Origin: Minisyncoccota bacterium
GTDB taxonomy: Bacteria; Patescibacteriota; Minisyncoccia; Moranbacterales; UBA2206
Assembly (NCBI GenBank): GCA_031291955.1
Contig: JARLIA010000014.1
Span: 666-64,665, forward strand
Reading direction: 5' to 3'
DNA length: 64,000 nt
The notes beneath the pieces are model-generated. The model had not been told where the DNA came from. It saw nothing but the letters and a program-made list of their open reading frames with translations, and searched no databases. Below, piece by piece: positions 27,992 through 38,004 of this stretch. A program made the position numbers and the translations under genes. Each line of letters opens with the position of its first letter. The first letter of the stretch is position 1.

Positions 27992-28190
27992 AAATTTATT
28001 GCTTTAAAGATTAGCTTCTCGTTAGTATAACAACCGCCCCCTCTTTTTATTTCTTCCGAGCCATTTTTAAAAAATAAAAAACACCCCTTGGAAAATTTTC
28101 CGGGATGATTTATTAAACCCAAAAGCCTTCAGAAAGGAGGAGTGAAAAATTGGGATTCACGCGCTCCACCGGCATTGAGGGCTTTTTGCT

Positions 28191-29171
28191 TTAATTTTTG
28201 AGATATTTAGCGACATTGTCTTGTTGCTCCTGATAAGTCTTAGCGCAATGGATCTGGCGCTTGGAGTCGTGGAGATAATAAAGGCAGTCGGTCTTCTCTG
28301 GGTAAAGAACCGCCTCGATGGCAGCAACACCGGGATTACAGATCGGCGCCGGGGGAAGTCCGGCGTGTTCATAAGTGTTATAGGGCGAATCGATCTTGAT
28401 TATGTCGGCCGCGCTGATCGGTGCCCACCAGCCCGCTCCTGTGTTTCCGCGCGCATACTGCACCGTCGCGTCCACCTGAAGCGGCATCTCCTGCGCCAAG
28501 CGGTTCCACAAAATTCCGGCGATGAGCGGCATGTCATTTGCCCCGGCCGCTTCTCTTTGGATGATTGACGCCAGTTTCAGTCCAGTCGTCCATTTAATAT
28601 TTTGCGCCGCAAATTGTGGCAGGTATGGCACGAACTCAGCATTGAATTGATTTGTCATCCGTTTGGCGATCGCCTGGCCCGATTCGCCGACCGGGATGAG
28701 ATAGGTGTCGGGAAAATAAACGCCTTCGGTGTAATCAGGATCGGTGTCGGTATAAACCGTATCCCATTTCTTGAGTTCGTCCGAATTCCAGCCGAAAGTT
28801 TTTTGGAGGAGTTCTCCGATCTGTTCTTTTCGATATCCTTCCGGGATGACCACCCATTTCATGTCCGGCTGGGAAAGTTTTCCCGCCAACTGCCAAGCCG
28901 TCATATTTTTGGCAATTTTATACCCGCCCGGCTGGATTATTTCACGTTTCAAAAATAATATAAATTTAAAAGCCGTCTCGTTTTTAATAAAACCTTGCGC
29001 TTTCAATTTGACGACCATTTCCGCTTGCGTCGCATTCCGGCTGACGATGAAAGTTTCCAGCTGGCTTCCCGTTCCGGACGCGCCAAAAAACACCCGTCCA
29101 ATTCCGATAACAGCCAGAACGACAACTAAAATAATTCCCGCAATGATTCCAATTTTTGTTCGGCGTTTCAT
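28191..29171 (-). CDS. mltG: Endolytic transglycosylase MltG
   Basis: IPEG, EGVYFPDTY, ASIIQREA, LQVDAT, SPYNTY and GLPPAPICNPG motifs. Confidence 0.93.
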   Translation of the reverse strand: MKRRTKIGIIAGIILVVVLAVIGIGRVFFGASGTGSQLETFIVSRNATQAEMVVKLKAQGFIKNETAFKFILFLKREIIQPGGYKIAKNMTAWQLAGKLSQPDMKWVVIPEGYRKEQIGELLQKTFGWNSDELKKWDTVYTDTDPDYTEGVYFPDTYLIPVGESGQAIAKRMTNQFNAEFVPYLPQFAAQNIKWTTGLKLASIIQREAAGANDMPLIAGILWNRLAQEMPLQVDATVQYARGNTGAGWWAPISAADIIKIDSPYNTYEHAGLPPAPICNPGVAAIEAVLYPEKTDCLYYLHDSKRQIHCAKTYQEQQDNVAKYLKN

Positions 29172-29214
29172 TTTTTATATTTCAAAAATCCACTGGAACA
29201 ATTATAACAATTGC

Positions 29215-30354
29215 CTAGCCAAGTTTAAAAACCGCGATTTCCGTCCGGCCGCTGGTTTTGACCGGCGGACCCCAGGTGCCGGTTCCCGAGCTGACGTAGA
29301 CCCGCATTTTACCGACCCGCGACAGTCCGCGATCGTGACCATGGAAAATCGCCCAGGTAAGAAGACCCAAAGGAAAGATCTGACCCTGATGAGTGTGGCC
29401 GCAAAAAAGCACATCGATTCCGAGCCGGGAAAATTCTTCAAGATGGATCGGCGAATGGAAAAGCAATATTTGCGGCTGGCGGTTGTCCAAAAGCTTCTCA
29501 AGAATGTTTGTCATGTCTTCCGCCTGGCTCAATTCCGGATATCCCAGTCCGATGATCCGCAATCCGGAAAGCTCAACGGCCCGATCGTCAAGAATCTGGA
29601 TTTTGGTTTTTCCCAAAATGGCAAAAACTTCTTCGAGTCCCAGATAGGTTTCGTGATTGCCGGTGATGAAGTAGACGCCCTGGTCGGCTTTCAAGCTATC
29701 AAGCAGCGGCACAAATGTTTCAAGATTGCCGTCGCCGCCGTCGAAAAGATCGCCAGTGATGAAAATGAGATCCGGCTTTTGCCGATTGGTCATTTTTACG
29801 ACATGTTTCAAAAAAGCGGCGCCATTGCTGAGTCCCAGATGAAGATCGGACAATTGGACGATTTTTTTGTCGCGCCAATCGGGCGGCAATTTTGGAATTT
29901 TCAAATGGTGCCGACGGATCCGCGGATGATAAGCGTTAAACATACCCCAAAGTGTCACCGCCGCCGATAGCAAAACCAAAAAAGTCGTCACTAGCCGCCA
30001 AGAAATCTCCATCCCGACCAGAAAATTCACAACGTATAAAATCCACAAAGCGACAAAAGAAAAAAATAGAGTCGCAAAAAATCCAAGCCATAGACCGGAT
30101 AAGAAATAGCAGACTCGGAGCAAGCGGCCGGCCTGATAAGTGGCCAGCGCATTAACGGGGAAAAAACTGATAGCCAGAATAAAAAAGACCAACCCCAGAA
30201 TTATCCGCGCGGGAACAGTCAAAGCGAAAATTTTTACCAGCGTGAACCAGACCAGAAAATGGGCGGCCAGGATGATGATCAGTCCCGCCACCAGAAAAAG
30301 GACAAACGCAATGGGAAACTTAGTCTGGTCAGTATTTTGCGATTTATCTTCCAA
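29215..30354 (-). CDS. Membrane-anchored metallophosphoesterase (YkuE-like)
   Basis: SDLH, TGDLFD, GNHE and GHTHQGQ motifs; N-terminal TMs. Confidence 0.92.
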   Translation of the reverse strand: MEDKSQNTDQTKFPIAFVLFLVAGLIIILAAHFLVWFTLVKIFALTVPARIILGLVFFILAISFFPVNALATYQAGRLLRVCYFLSGLWLGFFATLFFSFVALWILYVVNFLVGMEISWRLVTTFLVLLSAAVTLWGMFNAYHPRIRRHHLKIPKLPPDWRDKKIVQLSDLHLGLSNGAAFLKHVVKMTNRQKPDLIFITGDLFDGGDGNLETFVPLLDSLKADQGVYFITGNHETYLGLEEVFAILGKTKIQILDDRAVELSGLRIIGLGYPELSQAEDMTNILEKLLDNRQPQILLFHSPIHLEEFSRLGIDVLFCGHTHQGQIFPLGLLTWAIFHGHDRGLSRVGKMRVYVSSGTGTWGPPVKTSGRTEIAVFKLG

Positions 30355-30526
30355 TTCGTTGGTTTAATCTTATTAATCTATCCGTATTTAAAGTATACCA
30401 GGCCGGCCCGACAAAAACCAGCCACGCGATTTTCTCCCCTTCCAACTTGCCCCATTCCTACCGCCGTTTGGAGCAAAGTATGTTATACTTGAAAGGCAAA
30501 GCATTAATCAAACTAAAATAAAAAAG

Positions 30527-31198
30527 ATGAGTGAAAAAATTTCACCTACCCGAGCGATAGAAGTCGGCTGGGAGGCGATGAAGAAAAAATTCTGGTTCTT
30601 TGTTGGAGTTTTGGTGCTGGTTTTTTTGATTCAAGTCATTCCCACTGCCATTGCCGGTATTTTCAAGCATGTGATAACCCTCTATTTCATGATATTGCTG
30701 GCCTCCCTTATCCTTCAAATCATCGTCCGGATAGGACTCGTGAAAATTTCTTTGGATATTTTTGACAAAGGCGACGGACATATCAACGATTTGTTTTCCC
30801 AAGCACATCTTTTGGGGAAGTTCATCCTTGGCATGATTCTCTATGCGCTCATTGTTATCGGCGGCTTCATTCTGCTCATCGTACCCGGCATCATTTGGTC
30901 GATCAAATATCAATTCTTCGCCTATCTCATCATCGACAAAAATATGGGACCGCTTGAAGCCATCAAAAAAAGCGGCGAGATCACCATGGGAAACAAAGGA
31001 AATTTGTTCGTTCTGGGCATTCTTATTTCTCTCATAAACCTGGTCGGTGTTCTTTGCGCTTTCGTCGGCCTCTTTGCCACCATCCCACTAAGTTTGCTCG
31101 CCATGGTCTATGTCTATCGGAAATTGATGGGCGAAATCCCGACCGCCGCCGAAACACCCGGCTTCGCCATTTCTGCCGCGCCGGAACAAGCGGCCTAA
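30527..31198 (+). CDS. DUF975/YciC-like membrane protein
   Basis: LLIVPGII, EAIKKSGEITMGNKG; multi-TM. Confidence 0.75.
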   Translation: MSEKISPTRAIEVGWEAMKKKFWFFVGVLVLVFLIQVIPTAIAGIFKHVITLYFMILLASLILQIIVRIGLVKISLDIFDKGDGHINDLFSQAHLLGKFILGMILYALIVIGGFILLIVPGIIWSIKYQFFAYLIIDKNMGPLEAIKKSGEITMGNKGNLFVLGILISLINLVGVLCAFVGLFATIPLSLLAMVYVYRKLMGEIPTAAETPGFAISAAPEQAA

Positions 31199-31281
31199 AA
31201 AATCTTTTTTTGTATTTTAAAGCAGGATCTCAAGCATCCTGCTTTTCTTTTCTCACTCAGCGTTAATTTCAATCCCTATAA

Positions 31282-31527
31282 TTAATTCCGCCAATGCCGG
31301 TGTTCGACATAGACGATCCGCCACCAGATTCGGCCGACAAAAAACCCGAAAGCGGTTCCGAGTATCATAATCGCGGCCAGAAAACTCGACAAAGACCAAA
31401 AGTCCGCCCTGCTCGTCCGCACCAGTTCCAAATCGATCAGGGCCCAAAGAAGGATAAAAAGGAACAAGCCGAAGATGGCTGAGCAAAAAAGATAGAGCGG
31501 GCGTTTGATTTTGTTTTTCATTTTCAT
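31282..31527 (-). CDS. Small two-TM hypothetical protein
   Basis: Two hydrophobic helices, GRIWWRIVYVE tail; last gene of the operon. Confidence 0.7.
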   Translation of the reverse strand: MKMKNKIKRPLYLFCSAIFGLFLFILLWALIDLELVRTSRADFWSLSSFLAAIMILGTAFGFFVGRIWWRIVYVEHRHWRN

Positions 31528-31543
31528 ATTGTTATTTAATTAT

Positions 31544-31867
31544 TTATTCCACGATCACTGCCGTCCCATAACACAACACTTCCGTCACACCATTCATAAC
31601 ATCGTTGGCGTCATAGCGAACGCAGATGATGGCGTTGGCGCCCGACTCTTCGGCGTGCTTAATCATAAGGTCATAGGCTTCTTCCCGAGCTTTCTCGCAT
31701 AATTCCGTAAAAAGAGAGATGTTTCCGCCAAGGATGGTCTGGAGACTGCCGCCCAAAGAACCGATGATGCTCCTCGACCGGACCGTTATCCCCCGGGCAA
31801 GTCCGAGATTTTGCATTATCCTTTTCCCCGGCACTTCGAGAGCCGTCGTCACGTTTTTATGATCCAT
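31544..31867 (-). CDS. YbjQ/UPF0145 family protein
   Basis: LGLARG, AREEAY..MI..A...GANAII, EVLCYGTAV. Confidence 0.9.
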   Translation of the reverse strand: MDHKNVTTALEVPGKRIMQNLGLARGITVRSRSIIGSLGGSLQTILGGNISLFTELCEKAREEAYDLMIKHAEESGANAIICVRYDANDVMNGVTEVLCYGTAVIVE

Positions 31868-31915
31868 AGTTTTATGTAAGTAATTAATTGCGTAATTATG
31901 GTTAGCTTTATTTTT

Positions 31916-32659
31916 TTATAGCACCAGCTGGATCTCCCAATAATCGCCAGAGAGTTTGCTAGTGAAATATTTATAGGGCAGATAAAAATAGCCTTGGTCG
32001 CCCCAGCGCGCGCCCCAAGAGTTTCGGCAAATAACGAGTTGTCTGCTGTCGTCATATCCGACCGCGACCACCGCATGTCCGCCCAAGACTCGCTCACTGG
32101 ATTCCGGCAGGGGCACGATGCCGGTTTTGGCCACCGCGTCAGATTCGAAACTTTCATAAACGCTAAAACCAAAAACCACCGGCCTGCCCGCCAAAGCTTT
32201 TTTCAAAGCCGCGATTTGGGTGTTCACGCGCACATATTTCACCACTTCATATTTCAGCGCATCGGCATAACACTTGGCCGCCGGTTTGATTTTGAATTTC
32301 GAAATGACATACAGCCATTCTTTTTCCGGACAGTCACCCTGATTTTTAACGCTTTTGATCCCGTCCCGGATCGACGCGCCGGCGTCGCTTTGAACCGTGT
32401 TTTCCATCGCCCTTTCATTATAATAGATGAACAGCCGGCTCGGACTGATGAACCGCTCGCCTTGTTTTTTTCTTTCATAGTCCACGGCCGCCGCGATAGC
32501 GTTGGCGGTACAGCTGCCCAAATCGCCTTGATTATAGACCGATGGCATCCCGTCGCGCCAGTCGACCGATTTGGGAATTTTTATTTTTCTCGCGATGAAC
32601 TTGAAGTCCCGTTGGTCCGGCGTATCCGGCTTCCAGCCGTAGCGGTTTTTGTTTTTCAT
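31916..32659 (-). CDS. Papain-like C1 cysteine peptidase
   Basis: QGDLGSCT, GGHAV and RNSWG catalytic motifs. Confidence 0.93.
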   Translation of the reverse strand: MKNKNRYGWKPDTPDQRDFKFIARKIKIPKSVDWRDGMPSVYNQGDLGSCTANAIAAAVDYERKKQGERFISPSRLFIYYNERAMENTVQSDAGASIRDGIKSVKNQGDCPEKEWLYVISKFKIKPAAKCYADALKYEVVKYVRVNTQIAALKKALAGRPVVFGFSVYESFESDAVAKTGIVPLPESSERVLGGHAVVAVGYDDSRQLVICRNSWGARWGDQGYFYLPYKYFTSKLSGDYWEIQLVL

Positions 32660-32660
32660 A

Positions 32661-32954
32661 TTATTTAATCAAATATAAATAGACCAGATATAGGCAAGCG
32701 CTGTTTTGAATGATGAGTAGAGGAATGCCAAGGAGGAAATACCACTTTTGGGTTTTATGTCGAAAGGCAAACATTCCGGCGAATACGCCTAAGCCTCCGA
32801 AAGCCGTTGCCAGAAAAAATAGCATCCCTTCTGAAATCCTCTCCGCGCCATTTTTTCGTGAACGATTCTTATCCAAAAGTATAACACTAAACGCCAACAA
32901 ATTCATTGCCAGAAAAAAAGTCCCCGCCATCATCACATAATTGCCTAGTTCCAT
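32661..32954 (-). CDS. DUF1294 family membrane protein
   Basis: LDK..S....RISE and GMFAFRHKTQK. Confidence 0.88.
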   Translation of the reverse strand: MELGNYVMMAGTFFLAMNLLAFSVILLDKNRSRKNGAERISEGMLFFLATAFGGLGVFAGMFAFRHKTQKWYFLLGIPLLIIQNSACLYLVYLYLIK

Positions 32955-33058
32955 TTTTTATGTACGTAATTAATTACATAAACAATTATCTTGGAATAAT
33001 CCGGTATTTAAAGATGGGTTCATAACTGTATTTTTTTATAACGGGGTTCAGGGCTGGG

Positions 33059-33076
33059 TACGTAATTAATTACGTA
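33059..33076. promoter_or_regulatory. 18-bp palindromic operator TACGTAATTAATTACGTA (also at 31877, 32963, 38546 and 38558)
   Basis: Perfect palindrome just downstream of a minus-strand TGGTATAAT extended -10 (33082-33090); four degenerate copies upstream of nearby genes. Confidence 0.75.
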
Positions 33077-33097
33077 ATTCCATTATACCATCAAAAC

Positions 33098-33125
33098 AAA
33101 AATACCCGAAAAACGGGTATTTTTG
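33098..33125. terminator. Terminator ending the R-M operon
   Basis: AAAATACCCG-AAAAA-CGGGTATTTT. Confidence 0.75.
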
Positions 33126-33246
33126 TGGAAGGTTGCGCCTTTCGGGCGTCATTTTGGCAAGGCCGTGCAATCCAAATTATTGATTTACAATATTCCCTCA
33201 TGTCAATTAAACTCTACTTACTCGGTCGCATTTTCCAAGGAGACCT

Positions 33247-33420
33247 TTATTTATATTTACGCACCCCTTTGAATTTTTCACCATTGGATTTTTGATCCAT
33301 AAATAAATGAGTGTCTGTATCTATTTTGACCCATCTTTTAATTTTAGGATTAAAAACCTGCTCTCTATTTTTAACTTCCCCTCTTCGCGCGTTATCTCCG
33401 AATGGTTTATTTTTCGCCAT
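33247..33420 (-). CDS. Small basic hypothetical protein (57 aa)
   Basis: MAKNKPFGDNARRGEVKNREQVFNP...FKGVRK; overlaps the S-subunit stop and has its own SD. Confidence 0.75.
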   Translation of the reverse strand: MAKNKPFGDNARRGEVKNREQVFNPKIKRWVKIDTDTHLFMDQKSNGEKFKGVRKYK

Positions 33421-34786
33421 ATCCATCACCCCCTTTCTCTATAAATTCTTCAACCTTTCTTTTTGCTTCCTCTAATAATTCTTTTGATTTTTTCCGCGCT
33501 TCGTATGACTGAATCACAAGTTCAGTGATTTTTTTCTGGATTTCTTTTGGTAGAATTGGAATCAAAACATTTTTGATCTGCTGCGGTTTCCAGTGCGCAA
33601 TAACTGATCCGCCAGCATCACGCTCAGCTTGCATTTGACCAATTTGAGAATTCAAACACAGTGCCAAATATTCTGCCTCAACTTCTTTGCTTTTCAACTT
33701 CAGGCGCAACGTTCCGCCCGACACAATTCCTTGAATATCTTTTTTCAAAACAAAAGCAATTCCCGGGGTTGCATCTTTTGTTAGCAATATTTCACCTTTT
33801 TTTGGTTCAAAATCATCTTTCAATTTTTCATAAAGCTTATCACTTAGATATTTTTGATTGCTTTCCGTGATTCCGAATTTTGTCATGCTACTAACCCGGA
33901 TAAAAATCTTACCTTCTTCTTGATATTCTTCCGCCCCAACTTCAATTCCCTTTTTCATCGAAACTAAATCGCCCAACTTGTGCACATTATGTTTTGCAAC
34001 CCTATCTTCTATTATCTTATATTTCGGCTGAAAATATTCCGCATCGATTCGATGTGCAATTTCGATATCGGAAAGATTTATGATTGATGATAACTTTTCT
34101 ACATTATCAAAACCGTCCAATTCCAATTCTCCCAAAAGTAAGTTTTCGGCTTGTTGATATTGCGTTTTAGCTTTCTCAAATTCATCCAAGCCAGCCAACA
34201 CTATCATTTTTATTTTTTGTTGAGCTTCAAGATTAACTTCGGGAAGAATTATTTTTTCAAGGCTATACAAATTCATGTGTCCTTGAACGCCTCCACTTGA
34301 TCCTCTATCGATCTGAAATTTTCCATATTTTGAATTCAGAAAAGCGGCTAAATATTCTGGCAATAGATTCTCTTTTGGTTTTATCAAAATAATATCCGCG
34401 GAATTTGCAACGGGATGATTCTCTGTAACGACACTAGCATTGCCAATTGACCCACTTCTGGCAAGCAAGACAAACCCCGGATAAACCTGGCTCTTTTTCA
34501 GTTTTTTATGAAATTCTTCGTCAATATAAACAATACCATTTTCAAAATCTGTAACAAATTCATCAACGTTTTGTGTTCTCAAAAGTGGAACTCCATCATC
34601 GCAAAAATGGCTCGCCATAGAAGACACAAAACCAACATCAATCTTTGGCGCCATCTCCTCCAATGTTAGTAACTCAAATTTTTTAAGATTTTTTTCCAAA
34701 TCCAAATATTCCGGCTGATAATATTCAGCATCCATCCGCATCGCGCCTTCGAGTTGAGATTTTTGAATTATGGAAAAATTAGTCAT
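33407..34786 (-). CDS. Restriction-modification specificity (S) subunit with two target-recognition domains
   Basis: Duplicated RMDAEYYQP / RIDAEYFQP, PEYLAAFLNS / AEYLALCLNS and coiled-coil spacers. Confidence 0.9.
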   Translation of the reverse strand: MTNFSIIQKSQLEGAMRMDAEYYQPEYLDLEKNLKKFELLTLEEMAPKIDVGFVSSMASHFCDDGVPLLRTQNVDEFVTDFENGIVYIDEEFHKKLKKSQVYPGFVLLARSGSIGNASVVTENHPVANSADIILIKPKENLLPEYLAAFLNSKYGKFQIDRGSSGGVQGHMNLYSLEKIILPEVNLEAQQKIKMIVLAGLDEFEKAKTQYQQAENLLLGELELDGFDNVEKLSSIINLSDIEIAHRIDAEYFQPKYKIIEDRVAKHNVHKLGDLVSMKKGIEVGAEEYQEEGKIFIRVSSMTKFGITESNQKYLSDKLYEKLKDDFEPKKGEILLTKDATPGIAFVLKKDIQGIVSGGTLRLKLKSKEVEAEYLALCLNSQIGQMQAERDAGGSVIAHWKPQQIKNVLIPILPKEIQKKITELVIQSYEARKKSKELLEEAKRKVEEFIEKGGDGYGEK

Positions 34787-34886
34787 AAAATTTTTGAAAT
34801 ATTCCCCACAAATGAACGTATTAATAGGCATAATATCAAGCTGTGGATAACTCCTTGCATAATCATACAGCTATGGTATTATGAGC

Positions 34887-34949
34887 TTGGTACTTGTAAG
34901 GGCTTTGGCCCTCTCACGGTTAAAACGTATAAACCGTAGCAAGTGCCAA
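34887..34949 (+). ncRNA. Candidate small three-way-junction RNA convergent on the BECR-like gene
   Basis: TTGCAT-N16-TATTAT promoter with TG extension (34855-34882); 10-bp closing stem plus two hairpins; wobble pairs work only on the + strand. Confidence 0.5.
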
Positions 34950-34950
34950 A

Positions 34951-35442
34951 TCAATCATCCTCCATATTTCCTGCATGCAGGATTTTTTTATTGTTAAATT
35001 TGTTACCTGAATTTTTTTGATTGTTTTTCCAAAAAGGAATTAGGCTCCAAAAAAATTTATTTCCACCTTCAATTTCTTTAACTATTATTTTTATTCTCGC
35101 ACCATTTATTATAGCAACAAACCCATAATAACTAACTTCAACCATTTTATATTCCCATCTAGAATTAATTTTTTGTTGTTCAAACTTCCTTGTTTCATAA
35201 AATTCTTGTAAGGTATTTGACTTTTCCAATATATGAGGAGCGAGTTTTAACAACTTCAATCTTATATATTGATCACTTTTTATTCGAGCCTTGTTTTTAT
35301 TTTTGAATTTCAAATGTTCCAATCCCTTCGTATTAAAAGAAATCTTTCCACCCAAATAAGGACAATGAATTTGGCCTATTGTTTTGTAATAATTTTCGGC
35401 CTCTTCTTTTACCTTTAAAAATTTTATTTGATCAATCTCCAT
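34951..35442 (-). CDS. Hypothetical protein, putative BECR/PBECR-fold ribonuclease
   Basis: ISFNTKGLEHL helix followed by a beta-meander (YYGFVAII, IKIIVKE, FFWSLIP); fold assignment is inference. Confidence 0.55.
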   Translation of the reverse strand: MEIDQIKFLKVKEEAENYYKTIGQIHCPYLGGKISFNTKGLEHLKFKNKNKARIKSDQYIRLKLLKLAPHILEKSNTLQEFYETRKFEQQKINSRWEYKMVEVSYYGFVAIINGARIKIIVKEIEGGNKFFWSLIPFWKNNQKNSGNKFNNKKILHAGNMEDD

Positions 35443-37355
35443 TATTTTTTCATAAACTTCAAAAACTCCTCCGCAATTTCGTCTAGATCGTGATCAATAA
35501 TTTTCTTTCCGCCGGCATCATACATAACATTCCCCTCGCTGTCTTTTTTATAGATATAATCCCCTGAATTGTCTTTGCCGCCTTTCTTGGAAACTGCCAT
35601 AAAAATCGGATAATCTTCGGGGATTTTTTCATCCTCATTCCATTTTTGCAAAAACAGAACTGATGTTTTTGTGCCGGTGTGCGGTTTGAAGGTGTTGTCA
35701 TGCAGTCCCACCACTGCCAACAGACGCGCCTTGCTCAAAACAAACCGCCGCACATATTCCATCTGCGTATTGTTCAAAACTCCTTGCGGCAAAACGATTG
35801 CCATCCTTCCGCCGGGCTTGAGAAAATTAAGATCGCGTTCAATGAACAAAACGTCGCGTGAAACTTTGTTTTGATGCTTGGATGTTTTTTCAAAATTTTT
35901 GTCATGTTTAAATCCAAGATCATAACGATTCAAAATCACACCTTTGATCTCTCCAGCAAATGGCGGATTGGTCAGCACGATGTCAAAATTAAAGTCAGTC
36001 ATTTTTTCCTGGTTTCTTCGGTTCTCATCAGAATCCTTGAATGTTCGCAAAAACGGTCGGAATTTCGCATGCGCTTGTTCATTCCAAACTTCACTGTCCA
36101 GCGAGTTAGCATTGGTCACATTTGTTTTACCATCGCCTGCAATGAGCATCATAGCTTTTCCAATTTTCACTGAGCGCGGATCAAAATCAATTCCGTACAA
36201 ATGTTTTTCCGCATAATCTTTTTGCTTTGCTTTGTAATCATCTTCGAAATTTTTCTTGTTTATTTCTTTGTCCCACACATATTGCATAGCATGCAACAAA
36301 AATCCGCAACTGCCCGCAGCAGTATCAATGATGAAATCTTTTGAAGTCGGCGCCAGCATTTTCACCGCCATGTCAATCACATGACGCGGCGTGAAATATT
36401 GGCCTTTTTCGCCTTTAGCATCCAAGTTAATCAGATATTCAAAGGCATCATCGATCACCTGCAGATTAGAACCAAAAAGGCGATATTTTTGCAAAAGAGA
36501 AATTGCCGGCACGATGGCATTTTCCGGAATTTCTATTTCGTCATTCGACTTGAAAACATCACGCCACTGATTTTTGGAATCCTCAAAAAGCCGCTGAATA
36601 TTGTTTAGATTTTCCTTGTTAGAAGCGCCGGCAATCACCCGAAATCTGCGATTTTCATTTCTAGGCGTTTCGATTTCATCATACAGCTTGGCATAAATAA
36701 GTTTGAAAATTTCATCAAACGAATCCACGCCGCTGTTGGCCAAAACAACTTCTTGCAAATCATAAATGAGTTGTTGCAAATTAGGAATTTCATCAAGATC
36801 ACTATATACGATTTTCTTTGAACGTACATCATCAACCGTTTCGTTAAATTTGGGAATTTCCGGCAAGTCCTCAAAAAGATTTGGGTCGGTTCGTAAAATA
36901 TTATTTTGAAGTTTTCCGTCTGTCAAAACGAGAATTGGCGCACCGGTCGCATTGGCGTAGCTTTTCAATTGCCCCAGACCATCTTTCACGTCGGGTTTTT
37001 TCACTTCAACCACAAGATAGGGAGTTTTGCCGTCTTCACGATAAATCACAATGTCCGCACGTTTTTTCCCAATCTCTCGCCCAAATTGCACATCTACTTC
37101 CACATCCATCCGGTCAAGTGGATATTTATAAAAATTTAATAATTTATAAATCATGAGTTGACGAACTATCTCCTCCGGCTTAGCTACTAACTTTTTATTT
37201 CTTTTTAAACATGGCAAATAAAACTTTCCTTCTTTTTCAAAAAGATCCAAGACTTCTTCAATTTTAATTCCCTCAAAAACAGAAAGTCCATATTGCATAT
37301 CCGGATTGCGAAAAATTTTCCCCAAAATTTCACTTGTCTTTTTTTGATCCGCCAT
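35442..37355 (-). CDS. Fused restriction endonuclease (HSDR_N-type) and N6-adenine methyltransferase, Type IIG/IIB-like
   Basis: PEEIVRQ and ADIV...VEVKK (PD-D/ExK); GQYFTPR, DTAAGSCGF and TNPPF. Confidence 0.92.
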   Translation of the reverse strand: MADQKKTSEILGKIFRNPDMQYGLSVFEGIKIEEVLDLFEKEGKFYLPCLKRNKKLVAKPEEIVRQLMIYKLLNFYKYPLDRMDVEVDVQFGREIGKKRADIVIYREDGKTPYLVVEVKKPDVKDGLGQLKSYANATGAPILVLTDGKLQNNILRTDPNLFEDLPEIPKFNETVDDVRSKKIVYSDLDEIPNLQQLIYDLQEVVLANSGVDSFDEIFKLIYAKLYDEIETPRNENRRFRVIAGASNKENLNNIQRLFEDSKNQWRDVFKSNDEIEIPENAIVPAISLLQKYRLFGSNLQVIDDAFEYLINLDAKGEKGQYFTPRHVIDMAVKMLAPTSKDFIIDTAAGSCGFLLHAMQYVWDKEINKKNFEDDYKAKQKDYAEKHLYGIDFDPRSVKIGKAMMLIAGDGKTNVTNANSLDSEVWNEQAHAKFRPFLRTFKDSDENRRNQEKMTDFNFDIVLTNPPFAGEIKGVILNRYDLGFKHDKNFEKTSKHQNKVSRDVLFIERDLNFLKPGGRMAIVLPQGVLNNTQMEYVRRFVLSKARLLAVVGLHDNTFKPHTGTKTSVLFLQKWNEDEKIPEDYPIFMAVSKKGGKDNSGDYIYKKDSEGNVMYDAGGKKIIDHDLDEIAEEFLKFMKK

Positions 37356-37356
37356 A

Positions 37357-37998
37357 TTATTTGTTTATTTTAGAAAGATTTAGAATTACCTTGCCTTGAA
37401 ATTGAACTTCGCCGGGAATAATTATCATTTTTTCATAAGCCGGATTTTCCGGTTGCAAATATCTTTTTCCGCCATCAGCGACAAAGCGCTTTACAGTCGT
37501 GCCCGCATCCGTTCGCGCAATCACAATATCACCGCTTTTATATTCTTTTGATTCTTTGATAAGCAGACTATCACCATCATCGATTCCGGCATTAATCATA
37601 GAATCTCCAGAAATTTGAATAACAAAAACTCTATCTTTTGATTCATTTATTTTTTCATTTTTTAAAACTTTTTCAGATATTGGGAAAAAGGTGAATGCAT
37701 TAGCAAAAGAATCGAGATATGATCCGCCGGCGCTAACGCCAGCCATTTTAATCAAAGGATCTCTTCCAATTTCCTTATAACCCAAAGGCAAAATTCTTAT
37801 CCCTCTCGCCTGACCATCTTCTCTTTTTATATATTCCTTTCTTTCAAGCGTATCTAAAAAGTTTATAACCGACTGGTTCGAAGATACGCCCAGCTCTTCC
37901 TTAAAATCAGAAATAGACGGCGGAAAGCCGGAACTTTCCAAAAATGTGTAAATAAATTCTAAAACTTTTTTTTGTTTTGGGGTAAGTTTAAAACTCAT
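37357..37998 (-). CDS. lexA: LexA-family repressor (wHTH + S24 autopeptidase)
   Basis: LTPKQ..VL, FPPS, SAG cleavage site, GDSM (Ser) and TVKR (Lys). Confidence 0.88.
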   Translation of the reverse strand: MSFKLTPKQKKVLEFIYTFLESSGFPPSISDFKEELGVSSNQSVINFLDTLERKEYIKREDGQARGIRILPLGYKEIGRDPLIKMAGVSAGGSYLDSFANAFTFFPISEKVLKNEKINESKDRVFVIQISGDSMINAGIDDGDSLLIKESKEYKSGDIVIARTDAGTTVKRFVADGGKRYLQPENPAYEKMIIIPGEVQFQGKVILNLSKINK

Positions 37999-38004
37999 AT
38001 ACCC

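Noticed and set aside
28771-29970. Long plus-strand ORFs (also 13745-14497, 22677-23720, 51850-52884, 60156-61079)
   Set aside because: Antisense shadows of well-supported minus-strand genes
33131-33173. c-di-GMP-I riboswitch or HDV-like ribozyme
   Set aside because: Only a GAAA hairpin matches; the second stem or pseudoknot could not be built
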